NCBI GenBank assembly: GCA_964188305.1
Contig: OZ076885.1
Length of the DNA stretch: 64,000 nucleotides
Source of the DNA: Podarcis bocagei
Taxonomy: Eukaryota
Direction: 5' to 3' (one strand)
The notes beneath the pieces were generated by a model, which did no database searches, had not been told where the DNA came from, and was given only the letters and a program-made list of their open reading frames with translations. Below are positions 52,495 to 64,000 of this stretch, in pieces. The position numbers and the translations under genes were made by a program. The number at the start of each line of letters is the position of its first letter. The first letter of the stretch is position 1.

Positions 52495-52625
52495 CAGGGG
52501 TGACTAACCTTTGGTCCTCCATATCTTGCTTAACTATAATTCAAATCTTTTCTGACTATTGTGTTTGCTAGCTAAGGCTGACTGTAGTCTAACAAGATCT
52601 GGGGAACACCAGGTTAGCTACCCTG
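52495..52625. mobile_element. Diverged palindromic MITE
   Basis: CAGGGGTGACTAACCT / AGGTTAGCTACCCTG termini; interior related to the 9759 family. Confidence 0.5.
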
Positions 52626-52758
52626 GTCGAATAAGCTACCTTATTTCTTCTTTGTCATAAAATTTCTTACACAAAATATGATATACTGATAGGAAACTGA
52701 CATAGGCTAGCTAACAAAAATACTGCACAAAAAAGAAAAACATAACATAAAAACTCAC

Positions 52759-52843
52759 CATATCCATCCATTACAGGCTTGAGGTCTTTGTACTGGGTAA
52801 TAACACTGACAGTTTCCTGAACAGTCAAGTCTCTGTACTTGTA
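52759..52843 (-). CDS. TSG101: TSG101 exon 2 (YKYRDLTVQETVSVITQYKDLKPVMDGY)
   Basis: AG/GT boundaries, 85 nt. Confidence 0.96.
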
Positions 52844-55111
52844 CTAGGGGGAAATAGATTTTTGAAAATCTTAAAAGCTCCATGAAAGACAACTTCCACT
52901 GAAAACATTTAGACTTCCTTCAACACAACTATAGTGACTAGAGAACAAGATCTGCAGTCTTCCACAGCAGGTAAGATACTATAACTACTTTTTTATATAG
53001 AACCACTTTGCTGAATTACTGCCAGAGATTATAGAGTAAACTTGACCTGCCAGAATCAAGTATAAGTGGTATGTCATGATGCAAAGTGAATCAAACTCAA
53101 TTCTACAATTAGGATGCTCAAGTGAAATGAGACTGTCCACAATCCAACATGTTTTTTGTCTTGTGGTAAGCTGACGCAGTTCTACTAACAAAATGAATAC
53201 ACTTATGAATTAATGTAGACCACTGAACAGATTTTTAAAACTGTTGATGGCAATGAAATAAGTAGAGGATTGTATCTCTATGACAGAGGCACATATTTAG
53301 TCCAACATCTCTGCAAAAACCATCTTTCTCTACCTCAGCCATCCACACACAGTGCCAACTGATCCAGAACACTCTCACGTCCCACACTAATCTCTGTAGC
53401 CGCCCACTCTCCACTGGACCGCAAGAAAACTGATTCCTTCAAGCTCCTCTTTCAAGTCCACTATCAACTCTGCTCACCTACTTGAGCAATCCCAGTTCAC
53501 AACTTCTTGTTCTTAAGGTCTCCTTGTATGGGAAATGCAACCAGAAGACAAAAATGTATCAAGGAGTTAGTGATCTGTTCCTTCCCCCTCCCTGGCTCTT
53601 GTTAAGTTTTTTGATGGTGTGAGACCGGTCTTTAATGGCCTGAAAAAGTTGGGAGGAGGTGAAGCCCTACACACAGCAGCCTTCATCAGTTGGAAGGACA
53701 GTGCTGGGAACCTTATTTGACATTGGACATTGTTTTGAGAAGGTGAAGCACTGGGTGGGGGTGGCTAATGGATGATCTGCACATAGCCAGTCTGGCAAGC
53801 CACACCTGCTATCTATAGTTTGGGCAGAGTTTCTTTGAAGCTCCTGATCGGCTGCAGGGCTGTGCAAAGTGAGGCTACCTGGGGGAGTCGCTTTGCCACT
53901 TCTTAAGGGCTTCTAAATGGCAGATTGAAGTGCTTGCTTGGTATATATACATTGCTTGCTGTTTGAGAATAAAATCTGTAATCTTCCCATTCACTTGTGT
54001 TTTTTGTATTGCTTCTGAATCTCATTTTAAAAGAACCACCTTGCCTTTGGTTGTAAGACCAACAGCAGTCAACTTCTGTGGCCTCATTGCTCAAAAAGCA
54101 GTACCAGAGTTTGCACTGCCGCCGACACCTGCCTTTATGCATTATAATACAGATTTAGCCTGTGATCTGTGACCATGGCCAAGCAAAATCAGCTGTGCAG
54201 AGCCAGCTCAGCTAGCAATGTACTAGTGACTTTGTACCTTTAAGGCAGTCACCAACATTCACGTCCAATTAATTACCAATATATTTATCTGAAGATAATG
54301 AGTTATGCAGCCACAAAGAGAATAATGCAACAATTAATATTTTAAGAATTATGAATAGTATCCATGTTCTACACCACACTAGCTCAACATTTAGAATGCT
54401 CTTGAACAAGTTCAAATATTCAATCCTATGGTTTATCACTAATTTGATAAAACCAGTCTAAAAAAGGGAGGAATTCAGTGTCACACTAGAACAAACATTC
54501 CATCAGTGCAAGCATTTCTACAGAACAATCTACCCCCCCACTGTTCTGGGGGTTCTCATAACCCCCAAGCAGGATAGGAGAGAGAAAGTCCCATTGCACT
54601 AGTGGAAGCCCTTGTGCTAGCTCCCGCTAATGCACCCACTTAGTTGAATCTGGCCCAAAATAGCATAGTGCTAGCTAAGAAGCAAAGATATGCAAATTTC
54701 TACTCATAATCTTTAACAACAAAAAGCTGACAAAATACTGTCCCCACCCTCAGTTAGAAATGTATGTTGAAGGTTAAAATCACAGGTGTCTAATCAGGCA
54801 ATGATGCATTCTTACATTCTACTTCCTCCTCTTCATTCAACTTGTTACAAAGTAATAAGGTGGTTTTGCAACTTACTTGCCAATTAAGTATAGAATGGAT
54901 CAGAAAATGACTCAGGGGAGAATATGCACATTAAACCTGCTGACTACTTAAACTAGCTTCATCCAACTAAAGGATCAGCTGGATGAGTAAAACTGCTGTC
55001 CTACACACATTTACTTGGGAGTAAGTCCCACTGAACTCAACTGAACATGAGATGTAAGGCTGCAAATTTAAGCACGCTTACAGCTCAATTCCTATACGTT
55101 TACTCAGAAGT

Positions 55112-55355
55112 CAAAACCAGGCAGATAGCCTTCTCAGTGGTGGTGCCCGCCCTGTGGAACGCCCTCCCATCAGATGTCAAGGAAATAAACAACTATCTGA
55201 TTGTTAGAAGACATCTGAAGGCAGCCCTGTGTAAGGAAACTTTTAATGTCTGATGTTTTACTCTGTTTAATATTCTGTTGGGAGCTGCCCAGAGCGGCTG
55301 GGGAAAACCAGTCAGATGGGCGGGATATAAATAATAAATAATAGTAATAATAATT
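55112..55355 (+). mobile_element. L2-type LINE 3' end
   Basis: Encodes AFSVVVPALWNALP..VK...RRHLK, typical of the L2 ORF2 C-terminus, then a 3' UTR and an (AAT)n-like tail. Confidence 0.75.
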
Positions 55356-56559
55356 ACTACTACTGAATTCAATGAAGCTTACTCACATATAAGAATCAAG
55401 ATTAGATTAAAATTAAATGGCACTATTTAGGTTATTCTGTAAGTACTATGCATAACAAAGGAATAAGAGTTTGTTTTTTCAATAAACTTAAGTCCACTGT
55501 AGCACAGCAAGTAAAAATACAGTACAAACAGCTTCATTTATTAACAATTTAACAACAAACCTACACTGAACTTTGCAATTCAACTGAACTTTGGTTTGAT
55601 ACTGATACCAGTTTGGCATTCTCATCCAGGTTTTATCATGAATCTAGTCACCTTTCATCAATGTTCAGAGCCTTTATGTTCTGCGGATTTCAGCAGAAGA
55701 ATAAAGAACATTAACAACCTTCTCCAAATGAAATTCCCAGCACAAAAATGTTGCTTATACAAGGAATTAGTGAACTAAGCTGCTGGGTGGCATCCTTTTC
55801 TTTGTAATTGACAGACACGTATTCCTATAATCTAGTAAATTTAACCCTATAGTAAATTTCTTACTTTTGAGTGTTTTAAAATTAAATGTTTTAACACTAT
55901 CCAAGTACCTTAGAGTCACTAAAGCTCCCAAGTAAACTGTACCCAGCTGCTGCTGACAGAAGGCACACTAGGTCAAGTTGTGTTAATTCACAATTTGGGC
56001 CCAAAGTACCTTTATACTCAAGGTACTTTGAGTATACTTTTGATCACTGAGATTCTCTGATGGTAACTAACCAACTCCTTCACCAACCTGAATGATCTCT
56101 GCTCACTTGCTGAGTTACATACTTATTTTAAAAATGTAGTACAGTAGTAGAAATAGTAATAATAATAAAACCAAATTTGTGTTTATTTAGACTTTAAAAA
56201 CTCCTAAACTACTTGCTTACTAGTTTCCATGATCCCTTTAGCTACTAAAAGCTTAGTCGTACCCTTGTTCCTCATTTCAGAACGGAATTTAGCTTTAAAT
56301 AGGCCACAAAGGGCAGCAAATGATTCCGGAAACCCACAAAAACAAAACACCCAACTGAAAACTTGGGAGAGATCGCAACACGCCCATTATTTTCCTGTTA
56401 ATAACTAGGGAGGCCTCAAAGAGTTAGCAAAAGGCGTTGGGCGCTAAGGGTGATCCCTTTTTGGACTCGACAGACCAGGGACTATTTCGGCCTGGTCTTT
56501 CCCTTTGCGGACTCTCAGGAGGATCATTCTCGCGACCCACGAAATTAGAGACCCTTCCC

Positions 56560-57110
56560 ATTCCTGCTGCCAGAAAGCCGGCCTCGTTTATTCGTGTCTC
56601 GCTAGGATATTTTTGTGGGGGCCCCCCCAGGCAGCAGGAAGAAGGGAAAGATAATGACTCTGGAGCACGTTTCGCTCGGGAAGCGGCGTGAGGTGAGGGG
56701 AGAGGGGCGGCATGGAGGCCCCGCCGGGTGGGCGAGCGCGGAGGAAGCCCCGAGGCTGTTCCCCCGGCAGAAGCCCGCTGGGAGGGGCTCCCCGGCCGGC
56801 CTCGCCGTTACCTTGCCAAGCATCTTCTTCAGCTGGCTCTCCGACACGGCCATGGCGGCGGCGGCGGCAGCGGGCCCTGCCGGCCGCCGGTGGTCGTCGT
56901 TCCGCGCCCCTCCTGCCGCTCCTCCGACTCCCCGCGCGAACGAGGAAACCTGCCCCGGCCTCCCTTCCGGTGCTTCCTTTCCACCCGTTTCCGCTCGCCG
57001 GCGCGACGTCACTTCCGGCGGCCAGGTGCCGCATGCGCGTGAGCGTACACTGCGGTCACTGACGAGCCCATAGAGATAGTAACGTGGAGAGGGTCACGCA
57101 GGCGCCGCCT
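56560..57110 (-). promoter_or_regulatory. TSG101: TSG101 CpG-island promoter with overlapping ETS-CRE motif and NRF1-like site
   Basis: Minus-strand CCGGAAGTGACGTCG at 57018-57004; GCATGCGC at 57031-57038; CpG-rich. Confidence 0.8.
56812..56853 (-). CDS. TSG101: TSG101 exon 1 CDS (MAVSESQLKKMLGK)
   Basis: Strong Kozak GCCGCCGCCATGG, donor AAG|GTAAC. The ten exons sum to 1182 nt (393 aa + stop). Confidence 0.97.
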
Positions 57111-59690
57111 AGTTTTTCTTTATTCCCATATGGAATCTCAGTTCTATAAAAGCACTGAAAGTGAATGGAGCATAAAATGTAACCATTCGGTTGAGCGCTG
57201 GGTTGGGATGGCGGGGGGGGGAGTAATTTAATTAGACTTTCACCTTTTCCTTTTTCTTTTTTTCTGCACAACTGGGAGCGTTTTGTCTATATGCTTTGCT
57301 TTGTGCAGAGAGAGAAGGAAGTACCGTATTTTTCCGTGTATAACACGCCCCCTATTTTGTAGGATTTCACTCCTACAAAATGTATAGATTGGAGACAAAA
57401 CTAAATGGTACCCAGGAATCTTGGCTACAGTCACTGAAATTGTCAGTGTTATTTTAAAAAGCCTACGTACAATGGAAAGGATTGTGTATAGATGGAATAG
57501 ATTAATGCATAAAATATAGAGAGGTTATTTAATGGTTTGAAGGATTTGAATGTGCATGCATTCTGTAAACTACTTTATTCTGAAGTGGTGTACAACAGGG
57601 TCAAACAATAAAATAGTTCACAAAATACATGCACGTTAATATACATCAAAGCATTAAATAAAATTGTCTGTAAAATCACCATCAACCATGGAGCCAAAAT
57701 TCCTGGACAGCTTTTAAAATTTAGATTTGGAGACCTTTTGGTAACAACCAACAAATTAATAAATAATAATTTAAGTTTTGCTGTCATGATTCAAGATACT
57801 ATTTTGTATCAGCTAGATAGTGCACCACACCAACTCATGAATTCCTCATCTGACCTACCAATAGATGTGCTTCATATATTAGTATATATTAGCAAATTTT
57901 GTCATTAATCAGTTGCATTTATGTACTGCTAAATATTTAAAAAACCTCTAAGCCATGTATGGACTAACCCCCACACCCATAATATATTGTTAAAGCATTA
58001 GCACATAAACACAACCGAAAACCAATAAAACAGTAATAAAAAAACACATCGAGCTTTTAAAAGTTAATAAACGTTTTATTAACATTACACATCACAGTAT
58101 TTTTTCCATATAGCACTTGCTTAAATATATAATGCAAAGAAAAAGGCAAAAATTCATTGCAATCATACCTGAGTACAAAATCTACATATACTATCATTAA
58201 ACTGTTTAGTCTATATATTTGGTAGTGCTTAAAGCTTGTTGCAGTGTTACAACTGATGACACCAAACATACTAAGCCTTATCAGTGCATAACATTGAGCA
58301 GTGCATTCATTCAGTTTTTCTTCCCATCCTGTCCTAAGGACTCAGGCCAAGTCACAATTATTTTAACAAAAGACCAAAGAAAAGCAGATTACTTCATTAG
58401 ATAGAAATAAAAATTACTCCACCTCCTCTTTACCCTAAGTTCATAAATCACCATTTAGATCCTGGGAATAGTATTGGCTAACACTATCCAATAACTATTT
58501 TCTCATCTATTATATTTTAAGGCATGGTAGAGTGGAAAGGGAGAAGAATCAGCTTTTTAAAAATATCATATTCTGAATAAAGGAAGCATTTCATTTAAAC
58601 CATGGTGACTAGCTGTGCCTTACTGTATTCTGTAATGTCCTCCCCATATAAAGTGCCTATATAATTCAATTTACAGAATCCAGTAGGCCCTCCCAAGTGA
58701 GCCAAAAGCACTAATGTGTGCACATGGGAAACAAAACATTTCCTGCTCCACCTGGCTGCTTCATTCACAAGCTGCACTGGAGGGTACTCCAACATTCAGA
58801 GTGGCTTTTCAGGGGCTAGGAGAACCTGCAGCAGGAAGGAGGATGTGAACACACAGAACCTCAAGCCTCTTGGATTTTGGCCAAAGTGCCTTTAAGAAGA
58901 CCATACAACTATGCACATTTTATATACTGCAGCAATGTAACAGCGCTGGGTTCTTTTTTATATCTCCCCACCCCCATCTATATCTAAGTCTTTGGGTGAT
59001 TCATACAAAAAGTTCAGAAAAATACTTTCCAACTCATTAAGGCTAAGCAAATAGAATTCATCTGCAATGCCCAAAATTTCAGCTTCAGATGAATTACTGC
59101 AATGATTTGCTGGTGGAAACATTCTGTTATAAATTGTCTGAATCATTGGCTGAAACATGGACCCTTAATTTTAGGCAATACCTTGCTGCCAGGCCATCTG
59201 TGTTTAGACTTTAGCAATGTGTAATATATATACAAGACTGGTTCCCTATAGTAAATACAATAGTCACTCTGATTGAAAAGATACCTCTTGTCAGCAAATT
59301 TATAGCAACTTTGAAAAGGAAGTGGGCTTGTGGTGATTATAGTGTTGGGCATTCAATATAGGAAAAAGAAGAGATACCGTTTTTTCTTATTAATACAGCT
59401 AGTAATTAAACAACCAAGAGTACAAAATCCAGCAAAAAGGCAACCCATGATCTAGAAAGTTTGGAAAATTACGTTTCATGTTACATATTTCCACCCTATT
59501 TTGCCTAATCATTTTTATTATAAGAGTGTCATTGACAGATGGTCTTTAGCATGCCCTATAATAAAATATACACCAAATTTAGCAAAGCTTTAACATTGTG
59601 AGGTATTCTTTTTTTAGCAGCCACCTAGGCAATAGTGTCTTTTCTGCAACTCTCAAATATCTTAGAGACCAAGTTATGCCTAGCTGGTAT

Positions 59691-59855
59691 TCAGAGTTTC
59701 AGCTGCTGTTGAAGATCATGAATTGAGGCAGCCGTGGACTGAAGCTCCTGTACCACAGTACCTTTATCCAGCAGTTTGATGACTTCAGTCACTCCACTGA
59801 TTCCAAGCACACAAGGCACACTTAAAAATACTTCAGAATTTATATTGTAACATCC
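59691..59855 (-). CDS. UEVLD: UEVLD last coding exon ([27 protein letters not shown]...IHDLQQQLKL*)
   Basis: tctag acceptor, TGA at 59693-59691; LDH-like C-terminal exon of 165 nt; located upstream of TSG101 as in other vertebrates. Confidence 0.93.
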   Translation of the reverse strand, partial: GCYNINSEVFLSVPCVLGISGVTEVIKLLDKGTVVQELQSTAASIHDLQQQLKL

Positions 59856-59961
59856 CTAGAAAAGGCAAAACATAGTATTGGGTATATTAGAATTCCTGGG
59901 ACCCACAGGTTAATGTTTCCTCTATTCTAAAAAAGCAAAATCAGATCAGCCCTGTGTTTAC

Positions 59962-60085
59962 CTTCACCATCGTTGATATGGAATGTACTTTCCTTTTATC
60001 ATTCAATATACTGTCTGCCAGATCAGCTATTGACAGACCAACAGACCAGGATTTTTGGCCTCTTCCTTTCAGAACTTCCATGGCT
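59962..60085 (-). CDS. UEVLD: UEVLD coding exon ([42 protein letters not shown])
   Basis: AG/GT boundaries, 124 nt. Confidence 0.93.
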
Positions 60086-60976
60086 CTATATAAAAGCAAA
60101 AGAATCAGGATTTACAATGCACTTTTTTTAGCAAGCAATATGCCCTCTTTATAATCTCCATACGTCACACTTGTATATCAACAAGCGTGGTACACATTTT
60201 TGTAGTGGCCTTGTTCACATGTTGTGCTAGCAAAACTGTCTAAATGTGAACAAGCAAGCGTGAGGGTACTTGCAGTAAGAAAATGCAGTTGCTTTGCTCC
60301 TCCCATGGTTGTCCTCCTTCCACACTAGCTATGCCATGCAAAACCATGGTTTGTTTGGCTTCGTGCTGCATTTGAACCCAGACTCATGGTTTGTCTGCCT
60401 CAGACAAAACACAAATGATAAGCCAAGAACAAACCATCAGAATGCATGTGATGGCTTTCGACCAATCAAAAGGTTACAGCAAAATGGTTACGTATAGATT
60501 ACATTTTCATGGCAACAGGTCTCGAGCCAAGCAGACGCTAACTACATTATTTGTTGCTAATTTTATGACTAGCAGCAAAGCATGTGTAAGGAATTTTCCA
60601 CCCTTGTGTCTGCCCCCTCCCAACATCCATAGTCATTACTTCAAGGTTTATGAGGTGTTAGCTGTCTAGAGTGGGCTACTTTCTTAGGTACAAGACCCTG
60701 AGTAAAGTATACGTATTTTAAGAATAGCACTGCTGACAGATAAGACTTCAACTAGAATTTGAGGCCTTTTATACGTAGCCTGATCAAAACGTGTTCAAGT
60801 AAAAATGGGGTTTAATAGGTACGTAATGAAGGTTTCCCTTTCATATCATGTTACTAGGGTGTAAATTAAAATTCAGAATTAGGCTGCACTCCTATATCAA
60901 TTTATATTGGAATAAGGCCCAGTTAACTCAGTGGGACTTACTTCTGATTGTGCTGCCACATGTCTAAGTGTTTTAC

Positions 60977-61064
60977 CTGTTAGCTAAGAGATGCTGGGCA
61001 TTTTGATTTGCTATATCTTCATCCTGATGACTTGTCACTGAATTAGAAGCACTCCATGCTGCCA
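60977..61064 (-). CDS. UEVLD: UEVLD coding exon (VAAWSASNSVTSHQDEDIANQNAQHLLANR)
   Basis: attcag acceptor, AG|GTAAAA donor, 88 nt; phases 1 and 2 join the flanking exons in frame. Confidence 0.85.
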
Positions 61065-61532
61065 CTGAATAGGATAAAATTACAATCAATGTTGTTTTTA
61101 AACATTTGCATTTTTATCTCAGGAATAATTTCTCTGTAGAGTGTGTGCTTTCCATTTTGCTTTTAAAGAGACCAGTTGTAGGAATTCTATTCAGAGGAGT
61201 ATATAACTCACAGATGTGCAGAAAACACAGAATACGCAATAACCCGTCAGACAAAGAAACTGCATGAGAAGTCAGTGACAAAGCAACCACCACCGCAATG
61301 TAGTGTTAGCATAAAATATAGAATTGGAGAAGCTGTCTCTGGAACAGAACCACAAACTTCTTGTCATGGCTATCCATTAAATAAATAACAGTAATTTAAA
61401 CTGAAATATCTCCATATACAGCACTTCTATTAAAAAATAATCACAATGTTTTCTGAAATTATCTCCTGATATAAAGTACACATGTGGTACCCTAAACTGC
61501 ATAGTAAGCTAAGTAGTAAGTCATCATTTTAC

Positions 61533-61706
61533 CTTTGTTTTCCCCTTGTTCACCAATAATCCAATTATCTTTGCCTCTGATTTGAGCTTTTAATAGGTTT
61601 GCAATAATGTATTGGAATCTTGCAGAGTCTAGATTACAACCAATCCCGATAACCCGACTTTTAGGAAATCCACTCATCTTCCATGATACATAGGTCATTA
61701 TTTCCA
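61533..61706 (-). CDS. UEVLD: UEVLD coding exon ([33 protein letters not shown]...[10 protein letters not shown])
   Basis: AG/GT boundaries, 174 nt; LDH-like, with GEQGE in place of GEHGD. Confidence 0.94.
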
Positions 61707-62289
61707 CTGTACATTTGACAAAAACACATTGAAAAGGGCAAATTAATTTGTATTCAGGTCAAAAAGACATAAAGGTTTCCAATCAAGTTATCATTCATCT
61801 CTTTGGCAGTGGGGTTGATTGGATATCAGTAAATTATTCGTTTTAAAAACAACAGCAACATCTCCAACAAATATCATGAAGGATGTTTTAGTAAATTTGT
61901 AATCTTAACCCCACTTTACTGGAAGTAAGCCCATTTAATATAACAGTACTTATTTCTGAGGAGACATGGTTTTGACTGTGCATTATTTTGCACACCTTAA
62001 ATATAATTAAATATATCACTAAACTTGGTTAACACAATCACACTCTACAACATTTGGTTCTGGTAGAGTGAATTTCTGCTGGTTATTATTCGTTTCCAAC
62101 AAAACATGATGAGAAGCTTTGATCCTTCAGAATCACTTGTTTCTGCACCGGCACCTCTCAGAATTTATGTCCCAAGAAGCATGACCTACTGATTTTGTGA
62201 GACTTTTCCTGGTGCTTTGGGGTTAAGTAATGAGATTAACCATGCCGCATTGAAACATGCTTGTATACAAATATTTGCAATCATAAAAC

Positions 62290-62520
62290 CATAGAACTGT
62301 AGAGTTGGAAGTGACCCTGAGGGTCATCTAGTCAATAACCCCCCTGCATATCTCAACTAAATCATACATTACAGGTGGCCACCCAACCTCTGCTTAAAAA
62401 CCTCCAAGGAAGGAGAGTCCACCACCTCTCATAGGAGTGTGTTCCACTGTCAGACAGCATTTACTGTCATAAAGGTCTTCCTGATGTTCAGTCGGAATCT
62501 CCTTTCTTGAAACTTGAATC
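62290..62520 (-). mobile_element. CR1 LINE 3' fragment
   Basis: CATAGAACTGTAGAGTTGGAAG tail; body is similar to the reverse complement of 47380-47610. Confidence 0.75.
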
Positions 62521-62785
62521 ATGGAAGTACTAGTTTTCCTGTTACTCACTTCTCTAAAGAAAAATGTCAAAAGACTTATTCCATATGTGTGTCAAGATAT
62601 ACACAACACACAAAAGGAAACTTTCTGGCCTAGTTTTCTACATTGTCCCAATACTTGACCACAAGATAGCAAACAGAGAACACCCTGAAGCCTCTGTAAA
62701 GAAATAGGTTTATTAAGTATGAGAAATTACAAAGCACGTTATATCCAGGGAGCAATAAATCATAAAAAGGTAAGTGCTGCCATAC

Positions 62786-62956
62786 CTGGTTGAGAAGCCA
62801 CAAGCAGTACACTTTGTTGGCTATAATGTGCTACTGAAGGAATGATGCCTCTGAACAGTTCAACATTGCTCTGTACAACATCCAGATAGGACTGAGCGTT
62901 GCCTAAAGAATTCACTGTTAGCACCACCAGCTTTGAGCCTGCTGAGGCGGAAAAAT
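62786..62956 (-). CDS. UEVLD: UEVLD coding exon ([40 protein letters not shown]...VASQP)
   Basis: AG/GT boundaries, 171 nt; the upstream exons (UEV domain) lie outside the window. Confidence 0.93.
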
Positions 62957-63130
62957 CTAAGAACACAAAGAAAGAATTTCTGCACACGTCAAGGCGAGAG
63001 TATAAGACCTATTTCATTATTATTTTTTAAGTTCATGAACTGGACAGGTAAACTTTTGTTTTATCTAAAGATACAGAGTCGTATCCAATGCTGTGCATGT
63101 GGAGTTCAACTTGTGCAATGGGGCTCCCCC

Positions 63131-63206
63131 TTTCCTTTCCTTTCCTTTCCTTTCCTTTCCTTTCCTTTCCTCTCCTCTCCTCTCCTCTCCTCTCCTCTCC
63201 TCTCCT
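63131..63206. repeat. (TTTCC)n-(TCTCC)n polypyrimidine microsatellite
   Basis: Directly visible. Confidence 0.95.
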
Positions 63207-63360
63207 CACACGCCCTCAGAATCTGCTCCAAAGGTTCCTCCGACCCAGAGGATGCAAGAGGTGCTGCAGAGGAGAAGACAGGAAAGTTCTAGTGTGCAAG
63301 CAGAAGTCTGCTGTGTTAGCAGAACAGAAGTGTTGGATACGACCCGTACGAGTGTAAAAG

Positions 63361-63710
63361 TAAAGGTAAAGGGACCCCTGACCATTAGGTCCAGTTGTGG
63401 CTGACTCTGGGGTTGCAGCACTCAACTCACTTTATTGGCCGAGGGAGCCGGCGTACAGCATCCGGGTCATGTGGCCAGCATGACAAAGCCGCTTCTGGGG
63501 ACCAGAGCAGCGCACGGAAATGCCATTTACCTTCCTGCCGGAGCAGTACCTATTTATCTACTTGCACTTTGACGTGCTTTCAAACTGCTAGGTTGGCAGG
63601 AGCAGGGACCGAGCAACGGGAGCTCACCCCATCGTGGGGATTCGAACTGCCGACCTTCTGATCGGCAAGTCCTAGGCTCTGTGGTTTAACCCACAGCGCC
63701 ACCCGCGTCC
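63361..63710 (-). mobile_element. Sauria/Squam1-type SINE, full length with TSD
   Basis: Minus-strand A box TGGCGCTGTGG, B box GTTCGAATCC, (ACCTTT)n tail; TSD TAC(G/A)AGTGTAAAAG at 63347-63360 and 63712-63725. Confidence 0.9.
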
Positions 63711-64000
63711 ATACAAGTGTAAAAGGAGTCGCTAATTAAGCACTGTGCCACAACTTTCTCAGGCATATAGTGTGTGTATACACACACACACGCGCCTATA
63801 TATACACACACATGTATATCTCCTGCCTTTCATCGTGGAACCCATCTGTACACATGGTCTCCCCATCCAGGCTCTGGCTACACTCAAACTTCCTTAGCTT
63901 CATCACATGGGGCCTTCATGTGCTTTCAGACATTATTGCTACGAGTGAAATGTTCTTGGCAACGATTCCAAGAATTACTTAGAAAGTTCATTTGAAGTAT

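Noticed and set aside
56437-57073. Overlapping Arg/Pro/Gly-rich ORFs
   Set aside because: CpG-island artefacts; only the 42-nt TSG101 exon 1 CDS is supported.

Overview
Vertebrate genomic DNA, most likely from a lacertid lizard (inferred from Sauria/Squam1-type SINEs, Squam3-type SINEs, CR1/L2 LINEs and short hAT/mariner MITEs). It carries the conserved block GTF2H1 (last 4 coding exons, +) - LDHA (complete, 332 aa, +, with a hypoxia/CRE CpG-island promoter) - TSG101 (complete, 10 exons, 393 aa, -) - UEVLD (last 5 exons, -). There is no LDHC or LDHAL6A between LDHA and TSG101. The most notable unexplained element is an intact ~193-codon SGNH/GDSL-hydrolase-fold exon inside TSG101 intron 7 (42795-43375, same strand as TSG101). 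It resembles the hydrolase ORF of Ngaro/DIRS-type tyrosine-recombinase retrotransposons. It has a branch point, a pyrimidine tract and a phase-1 acceptor matching the phase-1 donor of TSG101 exon 7, plus its own stop and a downstream AATAAA. This predicts a 409-aa UEV-PRR-SGNH chimeric TSG101 isoform lacking the coiled coil and steadiness box, with the canonical catalytic His replaced by Leu. The splicing is inferred, not observed.
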